Below, in pieces: positions 20,091 through 32,186 of a DNA stretch of 64,000 nucleotides. The notes under the pieces were generated by a model. The model was not told the DNA's origin and ran no database searches. It worked only from the letters and a program-made list of their open reading frames with translations. The first letter of the stretch is position 1, and every line of letters begins with the position of its first letter. This stretch comes from Thermovirgaceae bacterium. GTDB lineage: Bacteria; Synergistota; Synergistia; Synergistales; Thermovirgaceae. The DNA lies in the NCBI GenBank assembly GCA_040767805.1, contig JAXGNU010000006.1:61621-125620 (forward strand). The letters run 5' to 3'. Made by a program: the position numbers and the translations under genes.

Positions 20091-20190
20091 ATTTTCCCTA
20101 GGTATACCCTGAAAAAGGAAGAAAAACGTGACAAATCATGAGAAACAAGGTATATTCTCCTTTAACCGTAATAGGCTATCCCTTCAAATA

Positions 20191-20241
20191 TTGCCTGATG
20201 AATATTGACCTATATAATTGTTAAGGTCAACATTAGTCAGG
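20191..20241 (+). promoter_or_regulatory. dnaK promoter with CtsR-like heptads
   Basis: TTGCCT-N16-TATAAT; TTGACC(20205)/GGTCAA(20225) inverted pair; GGTCAAC-ATT-AGTCAGG. Confidence 0.55.
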
Positions 20242-20285
20242 CTTTTGCGGGTCCTACCGCGAGAAAGCCTCAAGGGGGAATGTTC

Positions 20286-22172
20286 ATGTCTCGTACCGTC
20301 GGGATAGATCTCGGCACAACAAATTCAGTGGTGGCCGTCCTCGAAGGGGGCCATCCCACGGTCATACCCAACGCGGAGGGGAGCAGGACCACGCCGTCGG
20401 TGGTGGGTTTCACGAAGGACGGGGAGCGCCTGGTGGGCATCCTCGCCCGGAGACAGGCCGTCCTGAACCCCAAGGGGACCGTCTCCTCCATCAAGCGTTT
20501 CACGGGAAGGAACTACGACGAGGTCGGCGAGGAGATGAAGATCGTCCCCTACACCGTCGTCAAGGGGAACAACAACTCCGTCCGCGTCGAGGTGGACGGT
20601 AAGCAGTACGCCCCGGAAGAGATCAGCGCCCAGGTCCTCAGGAAGCTGGCCCAGGACGCTTCTTCCTGGCTCGGCGAAAAGGTCACCGACGCGGTCATAA
20701 CCGTTCCGGCCTACTTCAACGACGCCCAGCGCCAGGCCACCAAGAACGCCGGCAAGATAGCGGGGCTGAACGTGTTGCGGGTCGTCAACGAGCCGACGGC
20801 GGCGGCCCTGGCCTACGGCATGGATAAGAAGAACAACGAGACCGTCATGGTCTTCGACCTGGGCGGGGGGACCTTCGACGTCTCCATCCTGGATGTGGGA
20901 GAAGGCCTCTGCGAGGTGCGCTCCACCTCGGGCGACACCCACCTTGGCGGGGACGATTTCGACAAGCGCGTCGTCGACTGGCTCGCCGACGAGTTCAAGA
21001 ACCAGGAGGGCATCGACCTCAGGAACGACAGGCAGGCCCTGCAGCGGCTCTACGAGGCGGCCGAAAAGGCCAAGTGCGAACTGTCAAGCCGCACGAGCAC
21101 CGAGATCAGCCTGCCCTTCATCACCGCCGACGCCAACGGTCCGAAGCACCTGTCGTCCAACCTCACCAGGGCCAAGTTCGACGAACTCACGAGGCACCTC
21201 GTCGAGAGGACCCTGGAACCCATGAAGCAGGCCCTGAAGGACGCCAAGCTCGAGGCGGGCGATATCGACGAGGTCATCATGGTGGGCGGCTCCACGAGGA
21301 TCCCCGCCGTGCAGGAACTGGTGAAGCGTTTCACCGGGGGCAAGAACCTGAACATGACCGTCAACCCCGACGAGGTGGTGGCCGTGGGGGCCGCCGTCCA
21401 GGCCGGGATCATAAAGGGCGAGGTCAAGGACGTGCTCCTGCTGGATGTCACGCCCCTCTCCCTCGGCATCGAGACCCTCGGGGGCGTCATGACGAAGATC
21501 ATCGAGAGGAACACCACCATACCGGCCCGCCGGTCGGAGGTGTTCTCCACGGCCGAGGACAACCAGCCGGCGGTGGACGTGGTCGTGCTCCAGGGCGAGC
21601 GCGAGATGGCCAGGGACAACAGGAAACTGGGCAACTTCAAGTTGGAGGGGATCCGGCCGGCCCCCAGGGGGATACCCCAGATCGAGGTGACCTTCGACAT
21701 AGACGCCAACGGCATCCTCAACGTGTCCGCCCGGGACAAGGAGACCGGCAAGGAACAGAAGATCGCCATAAGCAACTCGACGAACCTGGACGAGAGCGAG
21801 ATAAACCGGATGGTCGACGACGCCCGGCTCCACGCCGAGGAGGACAAGAAGAGGCGTGCCTGGGTCGACGCAAGGAATGAACTCGAGGCCGCCTCCTACC
21901 AGGTGGAGAGGATGATAGGCGAACTCGGCGACCGTGCCCCGGCCCACGAGAAGGCCCGGGGCGAGGAACTCGTCCGGGAGGCCAAGGAGGCCATCTCCAA
22001 GGAGGAGGAGACCCCCAGGCTGCAGTCGCTGACGCAGGACCTGAAGCAGGCGGCGGCGGCGCTGGCCCAGCATGAAGGCCCCTCCCCTCATGAGGAGACC
22101 GGGGGACCGGCCCCCGAGGGCGGGCCCGGCAAGGAAGAGGATGTAATAGACGCCGAATTCAACGAAGGCTGA
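20286..22172 (+). CDS. dnaK: Chaperone DnaK
   Basis: [31 protein letters not shown]. Confidence 0.98.
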   Translation: MSRTVGIDLGTTNSVVAVLEGGHPTVIPNAEGSRTTPSVVGFTKDGERLVGILARRQAVLNPKGTVSSIKRFTGRNYDEVGEEMKIVPYTVVKGNNNSVRVEVDGKQYAPEEISAQVLRKLAQDASSWLGEKVTDAVITVPAYFNDAQRQATKNAGKIAGLNVLRVVNEPTAAALAYGMDKKNNETVMVFDLGGGTFDVSILDVGEGLCEVRSTSGDTHLGGDDFDKRVVDWLADEFKNQEGIDLRNDRQALQRLYEAAEKAKCELSSRTSTEISLPFITADANGPKHLSSNLTRAKFDELTRHLVERTLEPMKQALKDAKLEAGDIDEVIMVGGSTRIPAVQELVKRFTGGKNLNMTVNPDEVVAVGAAVQAGIIKGEVKDVLLLDVTPLSLGIETLGGVMTKIIERNTTIPARRSEVFSTAEDNQPAVDVVVLQGEREMARDNRKLGNFKLEGIRPAPRGIPQIEVTFDIDANGILNVSARDKETGKEQKIAISNSTNLDESEINRMVDDARLHAEEDKKRRAWVDARNELEAASYQVERMIGELGDRAPAHEKARGEELVREAKEAISKEEETPRLQSLTQDLKQAAAALAQHEGPSPHEETGGPAPEGGPGKEEDVIDAEFNEG

Positions 22173-22248
22173 TGCCGTTGAAAAAGGGGGCGTGCCGTAG
22201 GCATGGCCGCGAGGTAAAGAGCGCCCCGGTCAGGGTGGAGGGGTTTCG

Positions 22249-23202
22249 ATGAAGTTCAGGGATTACTACGAGATCCTCGGGGTGCCGAGGGACGCGTCGC
22301 AGAAGGACATACAGAAGGCCTACAGGAAACTGGCGAGGAAGTACCACCCTGACGTCAACAAGGACGCCGACGCGGAGAACCGCTTCAAGGAGATCAACGA
22401 GGCCTACGAGGTGCTCCGCGACGCCGAAAAGAGGAAAAAGTACGACACCCTCGGGGCCAACTGGAAGAACGGACAGGACTTCTCCCCTCCCCCGGGCTGG
22501 GAGGGGTCCTTCCAGTTCGGCGGCGGGGGCGGCGGGGCTTTCAGCGACTTCTTCGAGGCCCTTTTCGGCAACCTGGGGGGGTTCACGACCATGGAGGGGC
22601 AGCCCTTCCGAGGCCGTTCCCTCCGCCGACGGGGGCGCGACCTGGAGTCCAAGATCGAGCTGACCCTCGATGAGCTGGCCGCCGGGGGGAAGAAACGGGT
22701 CGAGTTCGAGGTCCTGAGCCGGGGTCCCGACGGGAGGGCCCGAAGGAGCCGCAAGTCCCTCGAGGTGACCATTCCCAAGGGGGTGACCCAGGGCTCGAGG
22801 ATACGCCTGGCCGGCCAGGGCGAAGCTGGGAGCGGGGGCGGTCCCGCCGGCGACCTCTACCTGGAGGTCCACATCCGGAAGGACCCCTGTTTCGAGGTCG
22901 AGGGCCAGGACCTCCGCACCACCGTGGACATCGCCCCCTGGGACGCGGCCCTCGGCGGAAGCGTCCAGGTCCCCGTCCTGGGCGGTTCGGTGACGATGAA
23001 AATCCCGGCGGGGACCCAGAGCGGCCAGGTGCTGAGGATCAGGGGCAAGGGCCTGCCCGGCAGGGGGGACTGCCCCGGGAACATACTGGTCACCGTGAGG
23101 ATCGCCGTGCCCAGGAAGCTCACCGACAGGGAACGGGAGCTCTTCGAGGCGTTGAGAAATGAGTCGCCTTTCAAGCCGGAGATCAAGAAGCGCCGGGAAT
23201 AG
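22249..23202 (+). CDS. DnaJ-class chaperone without zinc finger (CbpA-like)
   Basis: J domain HPD, G/F region, DnaJ C-terminal domain, no CxxCxGxG repeats. Confidence 0.92.
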   Translation: MKFRDYYEILGVPRDASQKDIQKAYRKLARKYHPDVNKDADAENRFKEINEAYEVLRDAEKRKKYDTLGANWKNGQDFSPPPGWEGSFQFGGGGGGAFSDFFEALFGNLGGFTTMEGQPFRGRSLRRRGRDLESKIELTLDELAAGGKKRVEFEVLSRGPDGRARRSRKSLEVTIPKGVTQGSRIRLAGQGEAGSGGGPAGDLYLEVHIRKDPCFEVEGQDLRTTVDIAPWDAALGGSVQVPVLGGSVTMKIPAGTQSGQVLRIRGKGLPGRGDCPGNILVTVRIAVPRKLTDRERELFEALRNESPFKPEIKKRRE

Positions 23203-23241
23203 TCAAAAGTGTAGACCTGACCCCTCTGGAGGAGGTTGCCC

Positions 23242-25848
23242 ATGGATTTGAACAAATTGACCCTCAAGTCCCAGGAGGCGCTCTCGAGCGCCCAGAACAT
23301 CGCCGTGACCATGGGGCACACCGAGGTCGACGGGGAACACCTGCTGCTTTCGCTCCTGCGCCAGGAGGGCGGGCTTATCCCCCGGCTGCTGACCAGGATG
23401 GGCGCCCACCCGGAGGAGATCGCCCAAGAGACAGAGCGGGAGCTCTCCCGCAGGAGCAGGGTCTCGGGGCCGGGCGTCGAGCCGGGCAAGATCCACCTCT
23501 CCCTGAGGCTTTCGAAGCTTCTCGTCTTGGCCCAGGAGGACGCCTCACGGCTGAAGGACGAGTACGTTTCGGTGGAGCACCTGTTCATGAGGCTCCTCGA
23601 GGAGGGCGACGCCTCCGCCGCGGGGAGGGCCCTCGCCAGGGCCGGCATAACACCCCAGGCCTTCCTCGCCGTCCTGCAGGACGTCAGGGGCAGCCAGAGG
23701 GTCCAGAGCGCCGACCCCGAGGGCACCTACGAAGCCCTGGAGAGGTACGGCAGCGACCTGGTGGCCCTGGCGAGGTCGGGCAGGCTCGACCCCGTCATCG
23801 GCCGCGACGAGGAGATCCGCAGGGTGGTCAGAATCTTGAGCCGCAAGACGAAAAACAACCCCGTCCTCATCGGCGAACCGGGCGTGGGCAAGACGGCCAT
23901 CGTGGAGGGGCTCGCCCAGCGCATCGTCCGGGGGGACGTCCCCGAGGGGCTGAAGGACCGTTCCGTCTTCGCCCTCGACATGGGGGCCCTCCTGGCGGGG
24001 GCCAAGTACAGGGGCGAATTCGAGGAGCGCCTCAAGGCCGTGCTGAACGAGATCAAGGAGAGCGACGGCCGCATCCTGCTCTTCATAGATGAACTGCACA
24101 CCATCGTCGGCGCCGGCAAGGCCGAGGGGGCCATCGACGCCGGCAACATGCTCAAGCCCATGCTCGCCAGGGGCGAACTGCACTGCATCGGCGCCACCAC
24201 CGTCGACGAGTACCGCCAACACATCGAGAAGGACGCCGCCCTGGAGCGCCGCTTCCAGCCCGTCCTGGTGGAAGAGCCCACCGTGGAGGACACCATTTCC
24301 ATCCTGAGGGGGCTCAAGGAGCGTTACGAGGTCCACCACGGCGTCAGGATCCAGGACAACGCCCTGGTGGCCGCGGCGGTCCTGTCCAACCGGTACATCT
24401 CCGACCGTTTCCTCCCCGACAAGGCCATCGACCTCGTCGACGAGGCCTCGGCCCTCATACGCACCGAGATAGACTCCCTCCCGGCCGACCTCGACGCCGC
24501 CGCCCGCAGGGTGATGCAGATGGAGATCGAGGAGGCGGCCCTCTCAAGGGAAACCGACAAGGCCGGCAGGCGGAGGCTGGAATCCTTGAAAAAGGAGCTC
24601 CAAGACGCCCGCGCCGACACCGACGCCCTTAGGGCCCGTTACGAGGCGGAGAAACAGGCCATCGGCAAACTCCAGGGCCTGAGGGAACAGATCGAGAGCG
24701 TCAAAAGGGATATCGAGATGGCCGAGCGCGACTACGACCTCAACAGGGCCGCCGAACTCAAGCACGGCAAACTGCCCGACCTCGAGAGGAGGCTCGCCGC
24801 CGAGGAGGAGATGCTCGTCTCCAAGCAGGGCGGCGAAAAACTGCTCCGGGAGGAGGTCACCGCCGAGGAGATCTCCCGGATAGTGTCGCGGTGGACGGGC
24901 ATACCCGTGTCGAGGCTCCTCGAGGGAGAGAGGGAAAAACTGCTGCGCCTCGACGACATCCTCCACCAGCGGGTCATCGGGCAGGACGAGGCGGTCCGCC
25001 TGGTGGCCGACGCCGTCCTGCGGGCCCGTTCCGGAATTAAGGACCCGAAGAGGCCCGTGGGCTCCTTCATATTCCTGGGGCCCACCGGCGTGGGGAAGAC
25101 CGAACTGGCCAGGACCCTGGCGGAGGCCCTTTTCGACTCCGAGGAGAACATGGTCAGGATTGACATGTCGGAGTACATGGAGAAGCACTCCGTCTCGCGC
25201 CTCATCGGGGCGCCGCCGGGGTACGTGGGGTACGAGGAGGGGGGACAGCTCACCGAGGCCGTCAGGAGGAAACCCTACTCGGTGATACTCTTCGACGAGA
25301 TCGAGAAGGCCCACCACGATGTCTTCAACATCCTGCTGCAGATCCTCGACGACGGCAGGCTCACCGACAACCGGGGCCGCACGGTGAACTTCACGAACAC
25401 GATAATTATCATGACCAGCAACATCGGCGCCGCGGACCTCATGGAGGGCATAACCCCCTCGGGCGAGATCCCCGGGGCCGTCCAGGAGAGCGTCCTGCGG
25501 CAGGTGAGGGCCTCCTTCAGGCCCGAATTCCTCAACCGGGTGGATGACATCGTCCTCTTCAAGCCCCTCACCGTGGGGGAGATCGAGCAGATCGTAGACC
25601 TCCTGGCCGCGGGCCTCCAGAAGCGGCTGCGCGACCTGGGGATGACCCTGGAGGTAACGCCGGCCGCCAGGAACCACGTCGCCCGCGAGGGCTACGACCC
25701 GGTCTACGGCGCCAGGCCGCTCAAACGCTACATGAGCCGGGAGATCGAAACCCCCGTCGCCCGGCTGATGATCTCCCAGGCCCTGGGCGAGGGCTCGAAA
25801 ATCGTGGTGGACGAAAAGGAGGGGAAGCTGGCTGTGCGGGCTTCGTAG
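23242..25848 (+). CDS. clpB: ATP-dependent disaggregase ClpB
   Basis: Two AAA modules ([16 protein letters not shown]) and long middle coiled coil. Confidence 0.97.
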   Translation: MDLNKLTLKSQEALSSAQNIAVTMGHTEVDGEHLLLSLLRQEGGLIPRLLTRMGAHPEEIAQETERELSRRSRVSGPGVEPGKIHLSLRLSKLLVLAQEDASRLKDEYVSVEHLFMRLLEEGDASAAGRALARAGITPQAFLAVLQDVRGSQRVQSADPEGTYEALERYGSDLVALARSGRLDPVIGRDEEIRRVVRILSRKTKNNPVLIGEPGVGKTAIVEGLAQRIVRGDVPEGLKDRSVFALDMGALLAGAKYRGEFEERLKAVLNEIKESDGRILLFIDELHTIVGAGKAEGAIDAGNMLKPMLARGELHCIGATTVDEYRQHIEKDAALERRFQPVLVEEPTVEDTISILRGLKERYEVHHGVRIQDNALVAAAVLSNRYISDRFLPDKAIDLVDEASALIRTEIDSLPADLDAAARRVMQMEIEEAALSRETDKAGRRRLESLKKELQDARADTDALRARYEAEKQAIGKLQGLREQIESVKRDIEMAERDYDLNRAAELKHGKLPDLERRLAAEEEMLVSKQGGEKLLREEVTAEEISRIVSRWTGIPVSRLLEGEREKLLRLDDILHQRVIGQDEAVRLVADAVLRARSGIKDPKRPVGSFIFLGPTGVGKTELARTLAEALFDSEENMVRIDMSEYMEKHSVSRLIGAPPGYVGYEEGGQLTEAVRRKPYSVILFDEIEKAHHDVFNILLQILDDGRLTDNRGRTVNFTNTIIIMTSNIGAADLMEGITPSGEIPGAVQESVLRQVRASFRPEFLNRVDDIVLFKPLTVGEIEQIVDLLAAGLQKRLRDLGMTLEVTPAARNHVAREGYDPVYGARPLKRYMSREIETPVARLMISQALGEGSKIVVDEKEGKLAVRAS

Positions 25849-25869
25849 GCTTTCACCGCGGGGCCTCGC

Positions 25870-27240
25870 CTACTTTTTGAACCTGAAACCCCTTTCGAAG
25901 ACCTTGAGGCAGGCCTGGACGACCCTTTCATCGAAAAGGGTCCCGGCGCCGGCGCGGACCGTGTCGAGGGCCGTTTCAAGGGGGTAGGCCGGACGGAAGG
26001 GCCGGTGGGAAGCCATGGCCTCCACCACGTCGGCGACGGAGAGGATCCGTACCTCCGGGAGTATCTGGTTGCCCCTGAGGCCCCTCGGGTACCCGGAGCC
26101 GTCGAGGCGTTCATGGTGCTGGGATACGATCTGGGCGATGGGCCAGGGGAAGGAGATGCCCTTCAGCGTCTCGCTCCCGACCTCGGGGTGGCGTTTGACT
26201 ATCTCGTACTCCAGGGCCGTCAGCGTCGTGGGTTTATTTAGGATCTCCCCGGGGATATGGAGCTTGCCTATGTCGTGGATGAGGGCCGCCATCCACAGGC
26301 CTTTCAGGACATCCTCGGAAAGCCCCATCTCCTCGCCGATCGCGTAGGCCAGCTGGGCGACGCCCTCCTGATGGTCCGCCGTGTAGACGTCCCGGATCCT
26401 CATGGTCCCGGCGAGGACCCTCACCGTCTCGTCGAGCACCCTTTCGAGCCTTTCGCTGCTCACCCTGAGGGATTCCTCCATGCGCTTCCTGTCGGAGATA
26501 TCGCGCCCCACGGACTGGTACTCGACAAGGTTCCCCTCGCCGTCGAAGAGGGCCGTGTCAATCCACTGTTGCCAGCGGGCCTCGCCCGAGGGGAGGATCG
26601 TCAGTTCTTCGGAGACCTGGGTGGGGGACGCCGGGTCCAGTTTCTTCAATGTCCCCAGGATCTCTTCCCGGTATTCCTCCGGCATGTGGGGCGTCATGGA
26701 AGTGCCGACTATCTCATCGGGGGTGGTCTGGTAGTACTTGCAGTAGGCCTCGTTGGCGAAGGTCACCTTCCAGTCGGGGGAGTAGCGCACGATGACCTCC
26801 TGCTGCTGCTGGACGATAGCACGGTACTTTTCCTCGCTCCTCTGGAGCGCTTCCTCGGCCTTCTTGCGGTCGGTGATATCCCGGTACATGGCGTAGATCG
26901 CGACCCGCCGGCCTTCCACCACGATGGGCACCCCGAGGGCCATGACGTGGAACCGGGTGCCGTCCTTCCTCTGCCGGACCGTCTCGAACACGAACTCCTC
27001 CCCCAGGATGGCCCTTTGGGTTCGCTCCGCGGCTTCGAGGTTCAAACTCTCGTCGGTGGCGACCAGGCGGTCGAGGTCGTGACCGATCACTTCCTCCGGG
27101 GTGTAACCGAACATCTCGCAGAAGGCCCTGTTGGCCTTGTGCACAACCCCGTCAAGCCCCTGGATGACTACCCCCTCCGGGGAGTTCTCGAAAAGACCTT
27201 CGAAAAGGATGTCATAATCGGGGATCATCTCGAGCCGCAT
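25870..27240 (-). CDS. PAS-PAS-HD-GYP phosphodiesterase
   Basis: Two PAS/PAC domains; HDIGK, HHERLDGSGYP. Confidence 0.93.
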   Translation of the reverse strand: MRLEMIPDYDILFEGLFENSPEGVVIQGLDGVVHKANRAFCEMFGYTPEEVIGHDLDRLVATDESLNLEAAERTQRAILGEEFVFETVRQRKDGTRFHVMALGVPIVVEGRRVAIYAMYRDITDRKKAEEALQRSEEKYRAIVQQQQEVIVRYSPDWKVTFANEAYCKYYQTTPDEIVGTSMTPHMPEEYREEILGTLKKLDPASPTQVSEELTILPSGEARWQQWIDTALFDGEGNLVEYQSVGRDISDRKRMEESLRVSSERLERVLDETVRVLAGTMRIRDVYTADHQEGVAQLAYAIGEEMGLSEDVLKGLWMAALIHDIGKLHIPGEILNKPTTLTALEYEIVKRHPEVGSETLKGISFPWPIAQIVSQHHERLDGSGYPRGLRGNQILPEVRILSVADVVEAMASHRPFRPAYPLETALDTVRAGAGTLFDERVVQACLKVFERGFRFKK

Positions 27241-27433
27241 CGTCGTCGCCTCCTGGAAAAGGAGGATCCTTTATTCAGAGGATAGTATAACATGATGTAC
27301 ACTTTCTATAAACCGCCTGAAGGGAGCCCCGTTAACCCCGAAACCCGTGACCTTGATGCCCCCCCTCCCGGGGTGATATCATTTACCCGGCGGGGGATGC
27401 CAGCGACGACCCCTCCCGCCGGGAGGACTGTCC

Positions 27434-27598
27434 ATGGAAGAGAAGAGAGTCATCATTACGAACCTTGCCTGCACTTCAGACCTGTGCTCCCTGGTAGAGT
27501 ACGACATACAGGTGCTCAGGGACCTCATCGACAACATGGAGGCGGGATGGGTCGAGTCACAGACCATGGATTCAAAATGCTGCCAGGACCGCCCCTGA
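27434..27598 (+). CDS. Unannotated 54-aa small protein with 4 Cys
   Basis: GGGAGG RBS, upstream TTGATG..TATCAT promoter-like, downstream terminator. Confidence 0.65.
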   Translation: MEEKRVIITNLACTSDLCSLVEYDIQVLRDLIDNMEAGWVESQTMDSKCCQDRP

Positions 27599-27631
27599 GG
27601 TGAACCCTTCCTCCCCAGGCCCCGGATGAGG

Positions 27632-27664
27632 AAAGCCGGCTCTCCCAGGGAGGGCCGGCTTTTT
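27632..27664. terminator. Intrinsic terminator, possibly bidirectional
   Basis: aaagccggctctcc/ggagggccggcttttt. Confidence 0.8.
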
Positions 27665-27685
27665 CAGCCCCGGCCCCTTGGGACG

Positions 27686-28087
27686 TCAGAAGGCGAATAT
27701 CCCGAGGCAGAGGGTGCAGAACCCCGCGAGGTAGATGATGGAGGCCAGCCCTGTCATGAAGGGGCGTCCCTTTTCCATCAGCGAAAGGATCACCTTTCGG
27801 GCCTGGTCGTACCTGAAGAGGAAGCAGTAGGCCTTCACAAGCGAAAGGGTAATGAACAAGGTCATGATCCATGAGAGCGTCACCGGTGACGTGATCTGCA
27901 CGTACCAGGTAATGAGCGTCAGGAAGGCGGCGAAAGCACCGGCGGCCCAAAACCACACGGGCTGTTTTTCGGGGATGAGGACCTCGTTGAAGAGGTCGAT
28001 CCACCGCTGGCCCCTCAAGGCGATCACCGGCGCCAGGGAAACCATCATCGTCCCTAACAGGAGAGCAAGAAACCTAAAATAAAGCAT
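27686..28087 (-). CDS. Hypothetical membrane protein (about 4 TM)
   Basis: Hydrophobic segments; GGAG RBS. Confidence 0.75.
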   Translation of the reverse strand: MLYFRFLALLLGTMMVSLAPVIALRGQRWIDLFNEVLIPEKQPVWFWAAGAFAAFLTLITWYVQITSPVTLSWIMTLFITLSLVKAYCFLFRYDQARKVILSLMEKGRPFMTGLASIIYLAGFCTLCLGIFAF

Positions 28088-28254
28088 ACTCTCTTCATCT
28101 CCTCCCAGGTCATTTGTTGCCGGGTTGGGCATGGTCGCTAGGCGAATTCCCGCAGTCCGTCGCTATTGATATCATTATACCTAACTCGCCTGTTTTCCAG
28201 CGGGGCACTTTTTGAGTTCCCCTATCCCCCGCCGGAAGGACAGGCCCAGGGGAG

Positions 28255-31200
28255 TTGATGCTGTTGCGCCCGGTGAGAGGGTTCCTCCCGCTCTTCCTTT
28301 CCGTCCTCGTCGCGGCTTCGATCGTGGCATCCTGCGAGCCCGCCGCTTCGAGGGAGGACCCCTCGCTGCCCCACCCCGGTGACCCGGTGCCGGAGCAGTT
28401 AGCCTTCAGCGGGGAACCGCCCTCCCTGGAAGAGGTACGGGAAGCGTTCCTGAAAACCTACGGCGGCGACCCGGCCCTATGGCCGGAGGAGTTCCGCCAT
28501 ATCCACGAGGTCCAGGTGGCCTTCAACCGAAGGGCCCTTGCCAGCCCGAAATTCAAGGGACAGTTCGACCAGGAGGCCCTTGCTAAGATGAAGGCCCAGG
28601 AGACGGACCCCGCATCGTACTGGGCCCGGTGCCTCTTTGACGGCTGGGGCTTCGAGGAGTGGTTCAACGACGACCACCTGACGGTGCAGGGCGTCCCCAG
28701 GGGCTTGCTCGACCGCTTCCTGGCCGAGTTCTTCCCCCTGGCGTGGCAGGATATCAGGAGCATCATCCGGGTCGAGGAGTACATGCTCGACCTTCCCGAC
28801 AAGGGATTCGTCCCCTACAACCAATACGAGGGCAAGGTGCTCAAGCAGAAGAAGAGCGACGTCCAGACATACAACTCCCTTGTGGAGAAGGCCGTGGAGG
28901 GCTATGCCGCCGGCAACGATATCCCCATGCTGCTCCTGGTATCGGAAAGGACCGACACCAACTGGGTCGGCGACGAGGCCTTCGAGGCTTCCCTGGTGAA
29001 GCAGGGGAAAAAACTCTCCCAAAAAGCCCAGGATGGGTTGGACAGGATCGACGGGTTATTCCGCACCGCCTTCTACAGGGCCTGCCCGAGGCTCACCTTT
29101 TCCTGGAACGCCGAACCCTGGTCGGAGGATCACGTCCTTTTCGACGGGAACCCCGTCCAGGAGGGCCCGAACACCGATTACATCGGTAGGGCCACCCGGA
29201 TCGAGTATCCCTATATTGGCGAGAAGATCACCATCAAGGAACAAAAGGTGGTCTCCGGCCCGGCCCTGAGGCTCCAGTGGGGGACGTCCCCCACCCACTC
29301 GCCGGAGTACGACCGGGGGGCCGTGGTGGAGGAGGTCACCCCGAGGTACCTGGTGACCCGGAAGCAATACGGCGAGACCAGGGAGTTCATCCTCTCCCTG
29401 TACCTCGACGGTGTCTCCGGCTTCGGCTACGAAGTGTCCTTCGCGCCGGCCGAGGGCGCCCACCTCCCCCAGGCCGTCGAGGAAGGGATCATCGAGGCGG
29501 TCACCAGGGCTTTCCTCGAGGCCGCTGAGGAGTGCTTCGGCGCCCCCGGGGAAAAGGCGGCGGCCCCGGAGCCGATCCCGCGGGAGGAACCGCCCGCCCG
29601 GCCCGAGGAGGGGCCCGAGGACGGCAGCCACCCGAGGACGGTTACCCTGGAACCGGCGAAGGCGGAGGATATTTTCGTGGACGGGGAACACCCGGGAGGG
29701 ATTTCCTTCACGCTGTCCGTGCGGGAGGGCGACCGGCGGGTCCCCCAGGCGGAAGTGGCCATAAGCAAGCCCGAGGTGGGGACCGTCTCTTCCAGGAACG
29801 CCGAGGGGGGGGACGAGAAGTGGCTCCTCGTCAGGACGGACCCCCTGGGCGAGGTGACGGTCACCTACACGCCGCCGCCCCTGGCGGAGCTCAGGATGCT
29901 GGGCCCCAGCCAATGGGAGGTGCGCGTAGCCGCCGAGGATAGGGAGAGCGGGGCCGTCAATTCCGTCGCCTTCAAGGTGACCCGGCCCAGGGGGCTGGAG
30001 GCGGCCGTGGATCACCCCGTCTTCCCCGCCCTCGCCGGGTTCCTGAACACCCTCCGTTTCCGCTTTGACGGGAGGGGACCAGGGGATGGCAGGGGCGAAA
30101 AATACAGGGTCAAGATCACCGTCAGAAGCGGCAACGGCTCCCTCTCACCCGACCGGAGCGGATCGGGGGGCCAGAGCGCCTTCGCCATGGAAGTCGAAGC
30201 GGACAAGGACCATGTCCTGTATTACCGATGGTTTGGGCCTAGGGACCTCGCCGGCCCGGCGACGGAATCCATCCTGATCCAGGTGCCTGAACTGGAGCTG
30301 GAAGAGACCGTCACCTTTTCCGTGGGGGTGGACCTCGAGATCCATTCCGCCCAGCAGGAGCAACTGGAGCTGGAACAGCCCGGCCTCTTCGTCCCCCTCA
30401 AGATCTACGTCAAGGACGCGTTCCACCCCGATCTCGACATGGCCGAGTTTTTCGGTCCTTCCACCTCCGACCCGTGCTGGACATCAGCCAGGCGGATTTC
30501 AAACCGATCGACCCGGAAACCTCGACGTCGAGGCTGAACCTGACGGCGCTGCTGGACCACGTGAAGGGGGCCGCGCTCCCCCGCGGCGGAGTCCCCATCG
30601 AGCCGGAGACATGGTCCCTGGCGAAGGACGCCTGTTCCCGGTGGTTCCTCGTCGGTGGGCCCGCTCATGGAGGACCGATCCCCCCGAACGCCTTCCCCGG
30701 GATCATCCTGTGGGACTACGGCGACTACACGCTGAAAATGGTCATGAAGGTCCTGACCTCCAGGGGCTCCCGGCGGAACCCCTGGAACGGGCCATGACAA
30801 GGAACCTTCATGTCGGCCCCTTCGCCGCCGGCGACCGCAGAGGCGACCTCATCCTCCCGATGATACTGACCTTTTCGGCCCTGTTCCCGGGTGAAGACGC
30901 GAGGCAACTCTCCGTCCGGGGCAGGAGCCTCCTGCAAAAGGGGGACCTGGCGTCCGCCTCGGCCATGGTGGGTGAGTATTTTTCAAAACGGCTGTCATCG
31001 GTCTCACTCGGCGAGGAGACGGACCCCCAGGAAAGGGAGAGGCTCGAGTACCTCGTTTAAGGCCCACGGCCTCTCCGGGGCCGAACTGTCCAGCGCCACC
31101 CTGGAGGAATCCCTGTCCCAGGCGAAGCTCAACTTCCCGTGCGCCGCCGCCGGTGAGTACGCCGAGGTATTCCTCTCCCAGGGCTACGACCTCTGAAACT

Positions 31201-31596
31201 GGCCGATTCCCCCTCGGTCGACCACAAGGAGCACCGAGCTCGAGGTCCTGGAGATGATCAAGGGCTTCCTCGACGGGTACGGCGAGTACGGGATCCTGGC
31301 CCTGGCCAGGGAGAACATCCAGCTCCTGGCGATCTACGACGAATCGGGAGAAGTACTTTCCGAGTACCACGGCCAGGTCTTCGGCGGCGGCGGAGGAATC
31401 GAGGAGGGTTTTCTTCGGCAAGAATTCCGTGGTGGTACCCTTCCGGCTCGGGGAGAACCTGCTCATCAACCTCAGGAGCAAGGGGAAACCGGTGAACGCC
31501 ATCAAGATCCTTCCCAACGGCATCAATGTCCAGCGCCTCAGGGCTGAAGCCGGGGGTCGAGACCATAAGCGTCTATGGGATGTGGTCAGGCCCTAG
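28255..31596 (+). pseudogene. Large secreted/lipoprotein-like gene with fragmented 3' third
   Basis: Signal ending ASC; protein-like reading moves between frames near 30450, 30780, 31057 and 31400, with TGA at 31194. Confidence 0.65.
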
Positions 31597-31676
31597 CAAC
31601 GGGTGGAGTGGAACGCGAAAAGAGCGCCAGCCCTTGGCCGGCGCTCTTCCCTTAGGCACCCGGTGCCCTTGAGGCC

Positions 31677-31997
31677 TCACTTATAATCATCCCGGGCGGG
31701 CCAGAAGGCGTCGATCACGCGGCACTCGGTCAGACCCCTGGCCAGGTGCGGCACCCCCGAAGGAATCACCAGCACCGACCCCGGCCCAAGGGTCCACTTC
31801 TTTCCCTCGGCGGTCAACTCCAGCGTGCCCTCCACGACGTTGACCACCTGCTCATGCTCGTGGGAGTGTTCCGGCAGAGCGGCACCCTGCTCGATCACCC
31901 ACCACGCCATGGTCATGTGAGGAGAGTGGACGAACTTGCCGTGGACCCCCTTCACAACCTCCCTGGACTCCATCTTGCCCGTATCGGTGAACTCCAT
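31677..31997 (-). CDS. Cupin domain protein
   Basis: PEHSHEHEQ, IPSGVPH. Confidence 0.9.
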   Translation of the reverse strand: MEFTDTGKMESREVVKGVHGKFVHSPHMTMAWWVIEQGAALPEHSHEHEQVVNVVEGTLELTAEGKKWTLGPGSVLVIPSGVPHLARGLTECRVIDAFWPARDDYK

Positions 31998-32186
31998 GGC
32001 GTGACCTCCTATTCTGAATTTAAAGACCGACAGCGACAATGATAGCGGTTTCCCGCGATCATTTCCACGGCCGTCACGCCCTGGCCTAAAGGCGCACCGG
32101 GGGCACCAAAGAGCCAGGGGCGGGAGTCATTCCCGCCCCTCGGCTTTTTTACGGGATCGGATCAATTAAAAGGGGCGACCCGGACC

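Noticed and set aside
31194..31196. In-frame TGA as selenocysteine
   Set aside because: No convincing SECIS (pyrimidine loop), and it lies among multiple frameshifts
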